In this document: one piece after another, positions 23,716 through 33,364 of the stretch
Layout of the letters: each line of letters opens with the position of its first letter
Numbering within the stretch: the stretch's first letter is position 1
Assembly: GCA_963724605.1 (NCBI GenBank)
Contig: CAVRVM010000006.1
Coordinates: 15,454 to 79,453 of the forward strand
Reading direction: 5' to 3'
Source of the DNA: an uncultured beta proteobacterium
GTDB taxonomy: Bacteria; Pseudomonadota; Gammaproteobacteria; Burkholderiales; Burkholderiaceae_F
DNA length: 64,000 bases
The notes under the pieces: model-generated
Told to the model about the DNA's origin: nothing
The model's input: the letters and a program-made list of their open reading frames with translations, nothing else
Databases searched by the model: none
Position numbers and translations under genes: made by a program

Positions 23716-24979
23716 GTGCGCGTCGCCGTGCTCGGCAGCGGAGTGATCGGCACGACGATCGCGTATTACGCGGCGCAGGCCGGCCACGAGGTCACCGTCG
23801 TCGACCGGCAGCCGGGGCCGGCGCTGGAGACGAGCTTCGCCAATGCGGGCGAGGTCTCGCCCGGCTATTCGGCGCCGTGGGCCGGTCCCGGCATTCCGGT
23901 CAAGGCGATCAAGTGGATGCTGATGACGCACAGCCCGCTGGTGATCTGGCCGCTGCTCGATCCGGCAATGTGGCGCTTCGGCCTGCGCATGCTCGCCAAC
24001 TGCACCGAGCGCGCCTACCGGATCTGAACAAGAGCCGCATGGTGCCGATCGCCGAATACAGCCGCGATTGCCTGAAGGCGCTTGCGCACCGAGACCGGCA
24101 TTTCCTACGACGAACGCGCGCAGGGCACGCTGCAGTTCTTCCGCACGCAGAAGCAACTCGACGGCATCGGCAAGGACATCGAGATCCTGAAGGAGTACGG
24201 CGTCGCCGTTCGAGGTGCTCGATCGACCGGGCTTCTGCCGCGTCGAGCCGGCGCTTGCACATACGCAGCACAAGTTCGTCGGCGCGCTGCGCCTGCCCGG
24301 CGATGAAACTGGAGACTGCCTCCTGTTCACCAACCGGCTGTCCGAGCATGGCGCGGGCGATCGGCGCGAAATTCCGCTTCGGTACTCGCATCGAAGCTAT
24401 CTCGGTCGCGGCGGGCAAGCGTCGACGCGATCCGTCTTGCCGGCGAGTCGCTGAGCGCCAATGCCTATGTCTGCGCGCTCGGCAGCTATTCGACGACTAT
24501 GCTCGAAGCCGATCGGAATCGAGCTGCCGGTGTATCCGGTCAAGGGCTACTCGATCACGTTGCCGATCGTCGAAGCAGCGCACGCGCCCGAATCGACGAT
24601 CATGGACGAGACACACAAGGTCGCAGTGACGCGGCTCGGCGACCGTATCCGCGTCGGCGGCACGGCCGAACTGGCGGGCTACAGCTTGTCAGCTGCGCGA
24701 GGCACGCCGCGCGACGCTCGAGCATGTCGTCACGGATCTGTTCCCGCGCGGCGGGGACTGTCGCGCGCGCGAGCTACTGGTGCGGGCTGCGACCGATGAC
24801 GCCGGACGGTACGCCGATCGTCGGGCCGACGCGGTATCCGAACCTGTGGCTGGCGACGGGTCACGGCACCTCGGGCTGGACGATGGCCGCGGGCACCGGG
24901 CGAGTGTCGCCGACCTGCTCAGCGGCCGCACGCCCGACATCGACCTCATGGATTGACGGTCGCGCGGTACGAGCGATGA
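23716..24979 (+). pseudogene. dadA: D-amino acid dehydrogenase small subunit (heavily frameshifted)
   Basis: A GTG at 23716 follows 'gaggaagg' and opens '[68 protein letters not shown]'. Later pieces ('[14 protein letters not shown]', '[17 protein letters not shown]', '[24 protein letters not shown]') are spread over all three frames. The stop is at 24977-24979 after 'LTVARYER'. Confidence 0.8.
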
Positions 24980-25033
24980 GAGGTCGGTCGGCAATGCTGG
25001 CAACGGCGAACGTACATAGGCTAAGGTCCGATA

Positions 25034-25974
25034 ATGACGCTTCCCGTTTCGATCGACGCGACTGTCGAGTTGCTGGCGACGCGCAGAACTACATCGCGGA
25101 CCGCCAGCTCGCCACGGCGGTGTTCCTCGCGCTGAAGCTTGAACGGCCTCTCTTCGTCGAAGGCGAGCCGGGCACCGGCAAGACCGAGATCGCCAAGGTC
25201 CTGGCGGCGGCGCTCGAAACCGAGCTGATCCGTCTGCAGTGTTACGAGGGTCTTGATATCAATTCGGCGGCCTACGAGTGGAACGTCGCGCGCCAGCTCA
25301 TCGAGATCCGGCTGGCGGAAACTGCCGGCACGTCGCGGGAACGGATGGCGGCCGACCTGTACTCGGAGCGCTTCCTGATCGAGCGCGCGCTGCTGCGCGC
25401 GTTGCTTCCGCATCCGCGTCCGCCCGTGCTGCTGATCGACGAACTCGACCGCACCGACGAGCCGTTTGAAGCCTATCTGCTCGAAGTGCTGTCGGACTTT
25501 CAGATCACGATTCCCGAGTGGAAGACCGTCAAGCGCCGCCACGCCGCCGATCGTGATCATCACTTCCAACCGCACGCGTGAGATCCATGATGCCGTCAAG
25601 CGGCGCTGCCTCTACCACTGGGTCGGCTATCCATCGGCGGCGCGCGAACTCGAGATCCTGCGCCGCAAGGTTCCGGATGCAGGTGCGATGCTGTCGAGCC
25701 AGGTCGTCGGCTTCGTGCAGTCGCTGCGCGGTATCGAGCTGTACAAGTTGCCCGGCATCGCCGAAACGATCGAATGGACTCGGGCACTGCTTGCACTCGA
25801 TGCAGTCGCACTCGAGCCAGAAACCGTCGGCAACACCCTGGGCGTGCTGTTGAAATACCAGGACGACATCGCGAAGATGCAGGGCACGGAGGCCGCCCGC
25901 CTTGTCGAGCGGATCCGCGAGGAAGCGCGCGCCCTTTCGCCGGTCCGCCCTGGCGGCAGAGTTCTGGAGTCCGT
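25034..25974 (+). pseudogene. MoxR/CoxD-type AAA+ ATPase (frameshifted; 3' end approximate)
   Basis: The Walker A is '[18 protein letters not shown]' and the Walker B is '[14 protein letters not shown]' (ORF 24499..25581). It continues with '[39 protein letters not shown]' in ORF 25466..26074. Confidence 0.8.
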
Positions 25975-26663
25975 GTGTTCATCGGTCACTTCGCACTGGG
26001 GTTTGCCGCCAAGCGCGTCGCGCCGCGGACATCGCTCGGCACACTGTTCCTCGCGGCGCAGTTCATGGACCTGATGTGGCCGACGCTGCTGTTGCTCGGC
26101 CTGGAGCGGGTAAAGATCGATCCGTCCTTCAGTGGGGCGCCACTCGATGTTCGTCCACTACCCGATCTCGCATAGTCTGCTGGCTGTCATCGGCCTGGGG
26201 CGCCGTGCTGGGGGCAGCGTACTTCGGGGTTACTCGCGACAGGCGCGGGGCCTGGGTGGTGGGGCTGCTCGTCGTCAGTCACTGGCTGCTCGATTTCATC
26301 GTGCACCGGCCCGACTTGCCGCTGCTGATTGCCGGCGGCCCGCGGCTGGGGCTGGGTCTGTGGAACTCGGCCGGTCGCAGAACTGGTACTCGAGCTCGCG
26401 TTGTTCGCGGGGTGCTTTGCCATGTATCTGCGCACGCCCGCTGGGAAAGCGCGGGCTTCAAACCATGGGTATTGGCTGCGATGCTGCTCGCCATACAGGT
26501 CGCCAATGCGGTCGGCCCACCCCCGCCATCAGTCGAGGCCATCGCCTGGGTCGGGCAGGCGCAGTGGCTGCTCGTCGCCGCCGGCTACTGGGCGGAACGG
26601 CCCGCGCGCGGGCGGCACGAGCCGCATGCGGGTACGCCGATCGCCGGCAGTCCGTTGGGGTAG
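25975..26663 (+). pseudogene. integral membrane protein, possibly a YdjM-like metal-dependent hydrolase (frameshifted)
   Basis: A GTG at 25975 opens 'VFIGHFALGFAAKRV...FMDLMWPTLLLLG'. Then come 'VHYPISHSLLAVIG', 'LLVVSHWLLDFIVHRPDLPL' and 'VLAAMLLAIQVANAVG' in other frames. The family assignment is tentative. Confidence 0.4.
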
Positions 26664-26667
26664 GTCG

Positions 26668-27919
26668 ATGACGAGCGCCGGCGTGATTCCGCCACCGGGC
26701 AGTGTGCTGCCGGGGCGTCTGGCCGACAACGTGCTGCATTTCGCGCGCGTGCTGCGCGATGCCGGGCTGCCCGTCGGCACTGACCGCATTCTGCTTGCCT
26801 ACGACGCGCTGCGTGCCGGCGGCATCGCCTCGCGCGCTGACTTCTATGCCGTGCTGTCGGCGTGCTTCCTGAGTCGTGGCGAGCACCGCACCCTGTTCGA
26901 CCAGGCCTTCCACATCTTCTGGAAGGACCCTGATCTGCTCGGCAAGATCATGCAACTGCTGATGCCACAGATGAAGCAGAAGGCCGAGTCGTCCGTGCCA
27001 CAGGAGAACCGACGCCTGGCCGACGCGATGTTCAAGGGCACGGTGCCGCAGCCGCCGCAGCCGCATGACAGCCAGCGTATCGAGATCGATGCGGCACTCT
27101 CGTGGACTGACCGCGAACAACTCCGCAAAGCGGACTTCGATACGATGAGTGCGGCGGAATGGGCAGCGGCAAAGCGGCTGCTTGCACAGTTCGATCCCTT
27201 CTTCGCCAGGCTGCCGACGCGCCGCGAGGCGCCAGCGGTGCGCGGCCATCGGGTCGACCTGCGCGCGATGCTGCGCGCGTCGGCGCGCCACGGCGGGGAG
27301 ATCAGCGCAGTCACATACCGCCGGCGCCGCACCCGGCCGGAGCCGCTGGTGGCGATCGTCGATATCTCGGGTTCCATGAGCCGGTATTCGCGCATGTTCC
27401 TGCACTTCCTGCATGCGCTGACCAGCGGGCGCGAGGCGGCCAACCATCGCGTGCATTCGTTCCTGTTCGGCACGCGCCTGACGCACATCACACGCCAGCT
27501 TGCGGCGCGCGACCCCGACGTGGCGGTGAACGCCGTCGTGCAGGCCGTGGAGGACTGGTCGGGCGGGACCCGCATCACGCAGGCGCTGCATGAGTTCAAC
27601 CTGAAATGGGCGCGGCGCGTGCTGTATGGCAATCCGACCGTGCTGCTGGTGACCGACGGCCTCGAGCACGGCGACACCCAGCAACTCAGCGCGAGGCCGA
27701 GCGGCTCGCGAAGTCCTGTCGGCGCCTGGTGTGGCTCAATCCGTTGCTGCGTTACGAGGGCTTCGAGCCGCGCGCCGGTGGCGTGCGCGCGCTGCTGCCG
27801 CACGTCGATGCATTCCTGCCCGTGCACAATCTGGCTACCCTCGAAGAGCTGACGGCGCAGCTGACAGCCGACCCGGCGCGATCGGCCGCGCTGCCCAGGA
27901 GAAACGACAGTGGAACTGA
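26668..27919 (+). pseudogene. VWA-domain CoxE-like protein (one frameshift; stop position approximate)
   Basis: 'LADNVLHFARVLRDAGLPVGTDRILLA' and the VWA MIDAS region 'LVAIVDISGSMSRYSRMFLHFLHAL...GGTRITQAL' are in ORF 26329..27852. The tail 'RRLVWLNPLLRYEGFEPRAGGVRALLPHVDAFLPVHNL' is in ORF 27606..28985. Confidence 0.8.
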
Positions 27920-28455
27920 CCGGGGAACGCACGCTGCCAGTGAGCCGCGAGATCGCTTGGCATGCGCTGAACGATACGGAGGCGCTCGAAGGCGCGGTGC
28001 CGGGCTGCGAGAGCATCGTGGCCAGCGGCGAGAACGCCTTCGACGTCGCTGTCAACGCCGCGATCGGTCCGGTAAAGGCTCGCTTCAAGGGCAAGCTCGA
28101 ACTCGCCGACGTGCACGCGCCGGAGTCCTACACGATTCGCTTCGACCTGCAGGGCGGTGCGGCGGGTTTCTCGCGCGGCGACGCACGCGTGAAGCTCGAG
28201 GCGATCGATGCGAGCTCGACGCGGATGACCTATGTCGTCAATGCTTCGATCGGCGGCAAGATCGCGCAGATCGGCTCGCGCCTCGTCGATGCCGCATCCG
28301 CCACGATGGCCGACCGGTTCTTCACGACCTTCGCGGCGGATCTCGCAGCCAGGCATCCGCCGGCGGCCGGCGCGCCCGCGGTACCGCTGCCGCGGGCGCC
28401 CGCCTTTTTCGCGACCTTGTGGGTGTTTCTCAAACGTCTGTTCGGGAGTCGATGA
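27910..28455 (+). CDS. coxG: SRPBCC CoxG-family protein
   Basis: 'VSREIAWHALNDTEALEGAVPGCESI...GPVKARFKGKLELADVHAPESYTIRFDLQGGAAGFSRGDARVKLE' matches the carbon monoxide dehydrogenase subunit G family pattern. Confidence 0.85.
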   Translation: MELTGERTLPVSREIAWHALNDTEALEGAVPGCESIVASGENAFDVAVNAAIGPVKARFKGKLELADVHAPESYTIRFDLQGGAAGFSRGDARVKLEAIDASSTRMTYVVNASIGGKIAQIGSRLVDAASATMADRFFTTFAADLAARHPPAAGAPAVPLPRAPAFFATLWVFLKRLFGSR

Positions 28456-28985
28456 TGCGCCTGCCTCCTTGGAGCGAGAACCTTGCGCCGCGTAATCGTG
28501 AACTGGTGACGGCCATCGAGGCACGACGTGGTGGCAGTTTGCTCAACCTCGATCGCATGCTGCTGTGGTCGGAGCCCCTGGCGCGCGGCTGGAACGGGTA
28601 CCTGCGCACGATCCGCACCGAGCTGGCCCTATCACCTTTCCTGCGCGAACTGGCGATCTGCGTCGTGGCGCGCCTGACGGGAGCCCTGTACGAGTTCCAC
28701 CATCACGCTCCGGAACTGCGCAAGGCTGGCGCGAGTGATGCGCAGCTTGCGGCGCTCGATGATCCGGATGCGGCGGCGACCAGCCCACAGTACGACAATC
28801 TGCAGCGCGCGGTGATTCGCTTCGCAATCGCGAGCACGCGCGAGGTGAAGATCCCGGACGGTCTGTTCGACGAACTGAAGCGGCAACTGCCGCCGAACGA
28901 ACTCGTCGAACTCGTTGCGGCCACTGCCACCTACAACATGGTGGCGCGCTTCCTGGTCGCGCTCGACATAACCCCGGAAACCTAG
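28452..28985 (+). CDS. carboxymuconolactone decarboxylase (AhpD-like) family protein
   Basis: The ATG at 28452 overlaps the coxG stop. 'ELAICVVARLTGALYEFHHHAPELRKAG' is a typical CMD-family helix motif. Confidence 0.7.
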   Translation: MMRLPPWSENLAPRNRELVTAIEARRGGSLLNLDRMLLWSEPLARGWNGYLRTIRTELALSPFLRELAICVVARLTGALYEFHHHAPELRKAGASDAQLAALDDPDAAATSPQYDNLQRAVIRFAIASTREVKIPDGLFDELKRQLPPNELVELVAATATYNMVARFLVALDITPET

Positions 28986-29148
28986 TGGCCTGTAACAGTC
29001 GATTCGCGAGTGAAAGGCGGGCCCGAGCGAGCCGAGTGCGCGAAGCGAGCCGCGTCGAATAGTCGTCGCATATTCGCAAGGCGAGCGACAAAGCAATCGG
29101 CCGCTCCGGCCCGCAAGGCACTTGTGAATTGGCTGTCACAGGCCACTA
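28983..29148. repeat. 166-bp MITE/REP-like imperfect palindromic element
   Basis: The terminal inverted repeats are TAGTGGCCTGTAACAG (28983-28998) and CTGTCACAGGCCACTA (29133-29148), with 15/16 complementary positions. By eye, complementarity continues inward (about 10/14, then about 13/18). Confidence 0.45.
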
Positions 29149-29377
29149 GTGCATGACGGAAGGCAGCGGGCCGGAGATGTCCGGTGATGCCGCGTCCAGT
29201 CCTCGATAGGTCGTGCCAAAGCCCAGCGCCGGGAGTATCTTGATCGGCCTGCGACAGGACGACCGCGCACTGCGGGTGTCGCCGCCGAATCGCGGCAGGC
29301 ATCGATGGGGCCCATGCCATGCCGCGAGCAGATCGAGAAGGATAAGGGGCCTCGGTCACGATCAAGGGAGGCATCGC

Positions 29378-29671
29378 ATGGCAACCTACATTGTGCTGTC
29401 CAACTTTACGGATCAGGGCATCCGCGGCATTAAGGACACGACCAAGCGCGCCGACGCCGTTCGCGAGTTGGCGAAGAAGTTCGGCGTGACGGCCAAGGAG
29501 TTCTACTGGACCATGGGTGCCCACGATGTCGTCGTTATCTTCGATGCTCCGGACGACGCCGCAATGACCGCACTCGGTATGGCGATTGGCTCGGCGGGCA
29601 ACGTACGGACGCAGACGATGCGCGCGTTCTCTAAGGACGAGATCAACGGAATCCTCGGCAAGATCGCGTAG
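29378..29671 (+). CDS. GYD-domain protein
   Basis: 'MATYIVLSNFTDQGIRGIKDTTKRADAVRELAKKFGVTAKEFYWTMGAHDVVVIFDAPDDAAMTALGMAIGSAGNVRTQTMRAF' shows the GYD family pattern. Confidence 0.8.
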   Translation: MATYIVLSNFTDQGIRGIKDTTKRADAVRELAKKFGVTAKEFYWTMGAHDVVVIFDAPDDAAMTALGMAIGSAGNVRTQTMRAFSKDEINGILGKIA

Positions 29672-29753
29672 GCGTGGTGGCGCTGCGCCGTCGGAGCACG
29701 ACAGCCGAACGGCGCAGCGGTCCCATGGAGCGACCGCGCCGAGAGTCTGTCGA

Positions 29754-30101
29754 TCAGCCGCGTTCGCTGAGTGCAAGCTTGACCGCGTTGTCGTCCGACG
29801 ACTTCTCCTCGGCCGTTTGACGACGCTGCGCGTCCCAACGCTCTGCAGTCTTGAAGTCGACATAGTCCGTGAACTGCAGATTGATCCGAAGCGTATTCAT
29901 CGTCTGAACAAAACGTCGCAAGGCATCTGGGCCCTGGTTTGCGGCTTCGCAGGCGGCCCGGTCGGTCCAGTTCGGCGCCGGATCGCAGCGGTACTCGGCA
30001 TTTGCACTCGCGGTGAATGCGGCAGTGACGAGCAGCGCAGCGGAGATGCGGGTGGTTGTGGCGATCAGATCGGAAGAGATACGAGTGCGGGTGGTGCTCA
30101 T
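29754..30101 (-). CDS. small secreted hypothetical protein
   Basis: An internal ATG at 30101 opens 'MSTTRTRISSDLIATTTRISAALLVTAAFTASANA', a signal peptide. It is followed by a Cys-containing ~80 aa domain. Confidence 0.4.
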   Translation of the reverse strand: MSTTRTRISSDLIATTTRISAALLVTAAFTASANAEYRCDPAPNWTDRAACEAANQGPDALRRFVQTMNTLRINLQFTDYVDFKTAERWDAQRRQTAEEKSSDDNAVKLALSERG

Positions 30102-30525
30102 GGCATGACTCCTTGCGGGAAGAACACAGGTGGAAGCAGGCTGCTTTGCCTGCCGGGGCGAAAGACATCGACGCAAGATCGGCGGCGCCTGATGCAAACG
30201 ACGTGAGACCGGCGCAAGCCCGGAAACTTCTTTGCTCGAGAACGGTGCGCAATGGCGGTCATCGACGAGTCATCCGCGGTACAGGGCAAGCTCGATGCAC
30301 ACCCTGGAGGCATGCATCGCTTGAGTTGCACGGTAGGTCGGCGCCGCGATTGCAGCTACGGGCAATGCGGCATCGCCGGCGCGGATAATTCGACAAGCGC
30401 GCGGCTCGTCGCCCAGTAGGCTTGCATGGGTTGGTGTACGAACCGCTGCGGTCGCACGCTGCGAGCAGCGCGAGCCGCATCGAGGAATCGCTGCCGGCAA
30501 CGCCAGCCGGAAGGCAGGAAGGTGC

Positions 30526-32520
30526 CTACTGCAGGGCTTCTGCCACCAGCTCGGCAATGTCTCGCGCTGCGACGCGATCGTCTTTCTGTGCCAGCCCGTC
30601 GCCGAGCATCACCGCGCAGTACGGGCAGGCGGTCGCGACCGCCGCCGGCTGTCGCTCGAGGGCCTGCTCAACGCGCAGCACGTTGATGCGTGTACCGATA
30701 GTTTCCTCGAGCCACATGCGGCCGCCACCGGCGCCGCAGCACATCGCCTTGTCGCGCGCGAGAGCGAATTCGAGCGGTGCATCCGCCGAGATCGCCTGCA
30801 ACACACGGCGCGGCGCCTCGTATTCGCCGTTGTGCCGGCCGAGGTAACAGGGCTCGTGATAGATCACGCGCTGGTGCGGCCGCGTGAGCCGCAGTCGCCC
30901 ATCGCGGATCCAGGCATCGATCGCCTGCGTGTGGTGCACCACCTCGTAGTGGCCGCCAAATTCCGCCAGTTCATTCTTCAGTGCATTGAATGCGTGCGGG
31001 TCGCTGGTGACGATGCGCTTGACGCCCAGCGCGTTGAGCGTCTCAACCAGTGCGGTGGCCAGTTGCTGGAAAACCATTTCGTTGCCGAGCCGGCGCACGC
31101 ACTCGCCAGTGGAACCCTCTTGCGCTCCGAGGATGCCGAGCCGGATGCCGGCCGCCCGTGCCACACGCACGAACGCCTTCGCGATCTTCTGGCCGCGCGG
31201 ATCGAACGACGAGGCTGAGCCGACGTAGTACAGGTAGTCGAGCGCCGCGACCTCGTCCGGCGTCGTCACCGTCGGCAGGTCGAGCCCCTGGGCCCAGTCG
31301 CCGCGCGTGCCCGCATCGAGACCCCACGGATTGCCCTGCGACTCGTAGGCGGAAAAAACGCGGTTCAGCTCGTGCGGAAACTCACCTTCCATCATCACCT
31401 GCCGCTGGCGCAGGCGATAGAACTTCGGCAGATGCTCGAGGCCGATCGGGCAGGCGACCTCACAGTAGCCGCAGGTCGTGCAGGCCCACAACGTCTCTTC
31501 GCTGATCGCGCTGGTGACCAAAGCGGGAAGCCGGACGCGCGCACCGGCACGGATCGTCTCGCGCTCCTTGACCAGGTGATGCTTGATTTCGTCGTTGACC
31601 CACTTCAGCGACAGCGGCTTTCCCGTCAGGAACGTCGGGCACGAGTCCTTGCAGCGCCCGCACTCGGTACAAGTGAATGCGTCGAGCCCTTCCTTCCAGG
31701 TGAGATCAAGCGCGGTCTTCGCGCCGATCTGAAGCTGGTCCGGGTCGGCCGTATCGTCCATCAGCGGCGCGAGATCGACGCTCGGCACGCGATTGGCCGG
31801 GGCGTCGCGCCCGAAATAAACGACGGGCAACGCGGTGACGATATGGAAGTGTTCGCCAATCGGCAGGATGGCCAGGAAGGTGAACACCGTCGCCATCTGC
31901 ACCCAGTAAAACGCGTGATAGCCCACGTCGATCGCGCCCGGCGCGAGCCCCGACAGCGCCAGCGAAAGAGGCCCGCCGATCCACGCCCAGGCCTGTTCGT
32001 GCGCGATCGCGGGCACGGTGGCGCTGTACTTGGCGAAGCGGAACGCGTCGAAACCGAAGTCCGTGATCATGATCACGAGAATCAGCGTCAGCACCAGCAG
32101 TGCTTCGCGGTTCGGCTCGAGCCGGGCAGGGCGCAGCACGAAGCGTCGCCAATAGCCATAGCCGACCGCCATCAGCACCGCGAGTTCGATGAAGTCCTTG
32201 AAGGCGGTGTACGCGGCGCCGAACGTTCCGGGGATCACTGCCAGCGGGTCGTAGCCGATGAAGATGAGATGCAGCTTGCGGATGAGCAGAGCGAGGAAGC
32301 CGAAGAAGATCGCCGCGTGCATCAGACCGGGACGGAAATCGCCCGACAGCAGCTGGGACTGGCCGAAGCCGATACGCAGCAGTCGCGCAACCCGCCGGGC
32401 GGGATCATCAAGCCGCTTCTCGGGCGCCAGTGCAGCGACGATCGCCAGCTTGCGCCACGCCAGCCAGGCGAACGCAGCAAAGCCGACGAGCATCAGCAGC
32501 GTGATTCCCAGCGGACTCAT
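30526..32520 (-). CDS. membrane-anchored (Fe-S)-binding oxidoreductase, DsrMK/HdrD-like fusion
   Basis: This is an intact 664 aa ORF. It has ~6 N-terminal hydrophobic helices, two 4Fe-4S motifs ('CTECGRCKDSCP', 'CTTCGYCEVACP') and CCG-domain motifs ('HEPCYLGRHNG', 'AMCCGAGGG'). Confidence 0.85.
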   Translation of the reverse strand: MSPLGITLLMLVGFAAFAWLAWRKLAIVAALAPEKRLDDPARRVARLLRIGFGQSQLLSGDFRPGLMHAAIFFGFLALLIRKLHLIFIGYDPLAVIPGTFGAAYTAFKDFIELAVLMAVGYGYWRRFVLRPARLEPNREALLVLTLILVIMITDFGFDAFRFAKYSATVPAIAHEQAWAWIGGPLSLALSGLAPGAIDVGYHAFYWVQMATVFTFLAILPIGEHFHIVTALPVVYFGRDAPANRVPSVDLAPLMDDTADPDQLQIGAKTALDLTWKEGLDAFTCTECGRCKDSCPTFLTGKPLSLKWVNDEIKHHLVKERETIRAGARVRLPALVTSAISEETLWACTTCGYCEVACPIGLEHLPKFYRLRQRQVMMEGEFPHELNRVFSAYESQGNPWGLDAGTRGDWAQGLDLPTVTTPDEVAALDYLYYVGSASSFDPRGQKIAKAFVRVARAAGIRLGILGAQEGSTGECVRRLGNEMVFQQLATALVETLNALGVKRIVTSDPHAFNALKNELAEFGGHYEVVHHTQAIDAWIRDGRLRLTRPHQRVIYHEPCYLGRHNGEYEAPRRVLQAISADAPLEFALARDKAMCCGAGGGRMWLEETIGTRINVLRVEQALERQPAAVATACPYCAVMLGDGLAQKDDRVAARDIAELVAEALQ

Positions 32521-32653
32521 CGAGGTCGTGTCATGCCGTCATGGTCGAGCGACCCATTGTCCGAGCGCGTGCCGGTGACGGGCTGACATCGATCAACGGG
32601 GGCGTGGTCCCCTCGAAGGGCGGGAGGGCAGACTGCCGTCTCGGTTTCAGCGC

Positions 32654-33349
32654 TCAGCGCGCTGCCGGCGCCTCCGGGTACAGGGCCCAGCGGGCGCCGG
32701 AGCGGAGTTCTTCCACACAGACTCCAGGCTCACAGCCGACGAGCCGGAACTGATCCAATTCAGCGGGGAACCGCACTGCGGTCGGCGAAGGTCCGGCGTT
32801 CTGGCGATATCGCGCCAGAGCTTCTGCGTTGGCGGGACCGGTTTCCCATGAGGCGACACCAGCTTTCATCGTCATCGCCGCGACGCGGATGTCGACGACT
32901 GCTACCGGCCAATAGTCCCGACGTTCGACAGTTCCGACGATGAAGACGTAACGCGGACGCGAGGCGGTGCCTTCCTTGCCAAGCAGCAGACCGGAAACGT
33001 CATAGCCGTCTCGCTCCGGGACGAACGCGTCGACATCGGTGGCCGCAAAAATGATCTGGCCGGGCCGCGCGACGGCCGGCGAACGCAGCGCGGGAAGCTG
33101 CGACAGCGCGGCAGGATCGCCGCCGCCGGCACTGACAACATGCTGCCCGAGCCGGGCCTGCCAGGTGGCGACGACTGCACTGCCGGTCGCGGCGGGCAAC
33201 TCGCGGTCTGCAGAGCCCGCGGCAGGAGGTTTGCCCTGCATGGCGCAGCCGCCCAGCGCACCTCCGAGCAGCAACACCGCTGCAAATGCCGCTGCGCGAT
33301 GGGCAGAGAACGTTTGCGCCGATGGCCGAGGGAGCAGTTGTCGGAGCAT
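32654..33349 (-). CDS. hypothetical lipoprotein
   Basis: The ATG at 33349 opens 'MLRQLL...AAVLLLGGALGGCAMQ', which contains a lipobox. The longer frame opened by an upstream in-frame TTG (33364) directly abuts the ankyrin gene stop at 33365-33367. Confidence 0.5.
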   Translation of the reverse strand: MLRQLLPRPSAQTFSAHRAAAFAAVLLLGGALGGCAMQGKPPAAGSADRELPAATGSAVVATWQARLGQHVVSAGGGDPAALSQLPALRSPAVARPGQIIFAATDVDAFVPERDGYDVSGLLLGKEGTASRPRYVFIVGTVERRDYWPVAVVDIRVAAMTMKAGVASWETGPANAEALARYRQNAGPSPTAVRFPAELDQFRLVGCEPGVCVEELRSGARWALYPEAPAAR

Positions 33350-33364
33350 GCGATACAACTCCAA

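Noticed and set aside
26458-27684. 408-aa ORF antisense to coxE
   Set aside because: The sense strand has clear VWA/CoxE motifs, and the antisense product has no recognisable features.
27606-28985. 459-aa ORF suggesting one large protein from coxE to the CMD gene
   Set aside because: It is a chimera. Only its first ~95 aa (coxE tail) and last ~177 aa (CMD-family protein) make sense. The middle is coxG read out of frame. The open frame is a chance consequence of GC richness.
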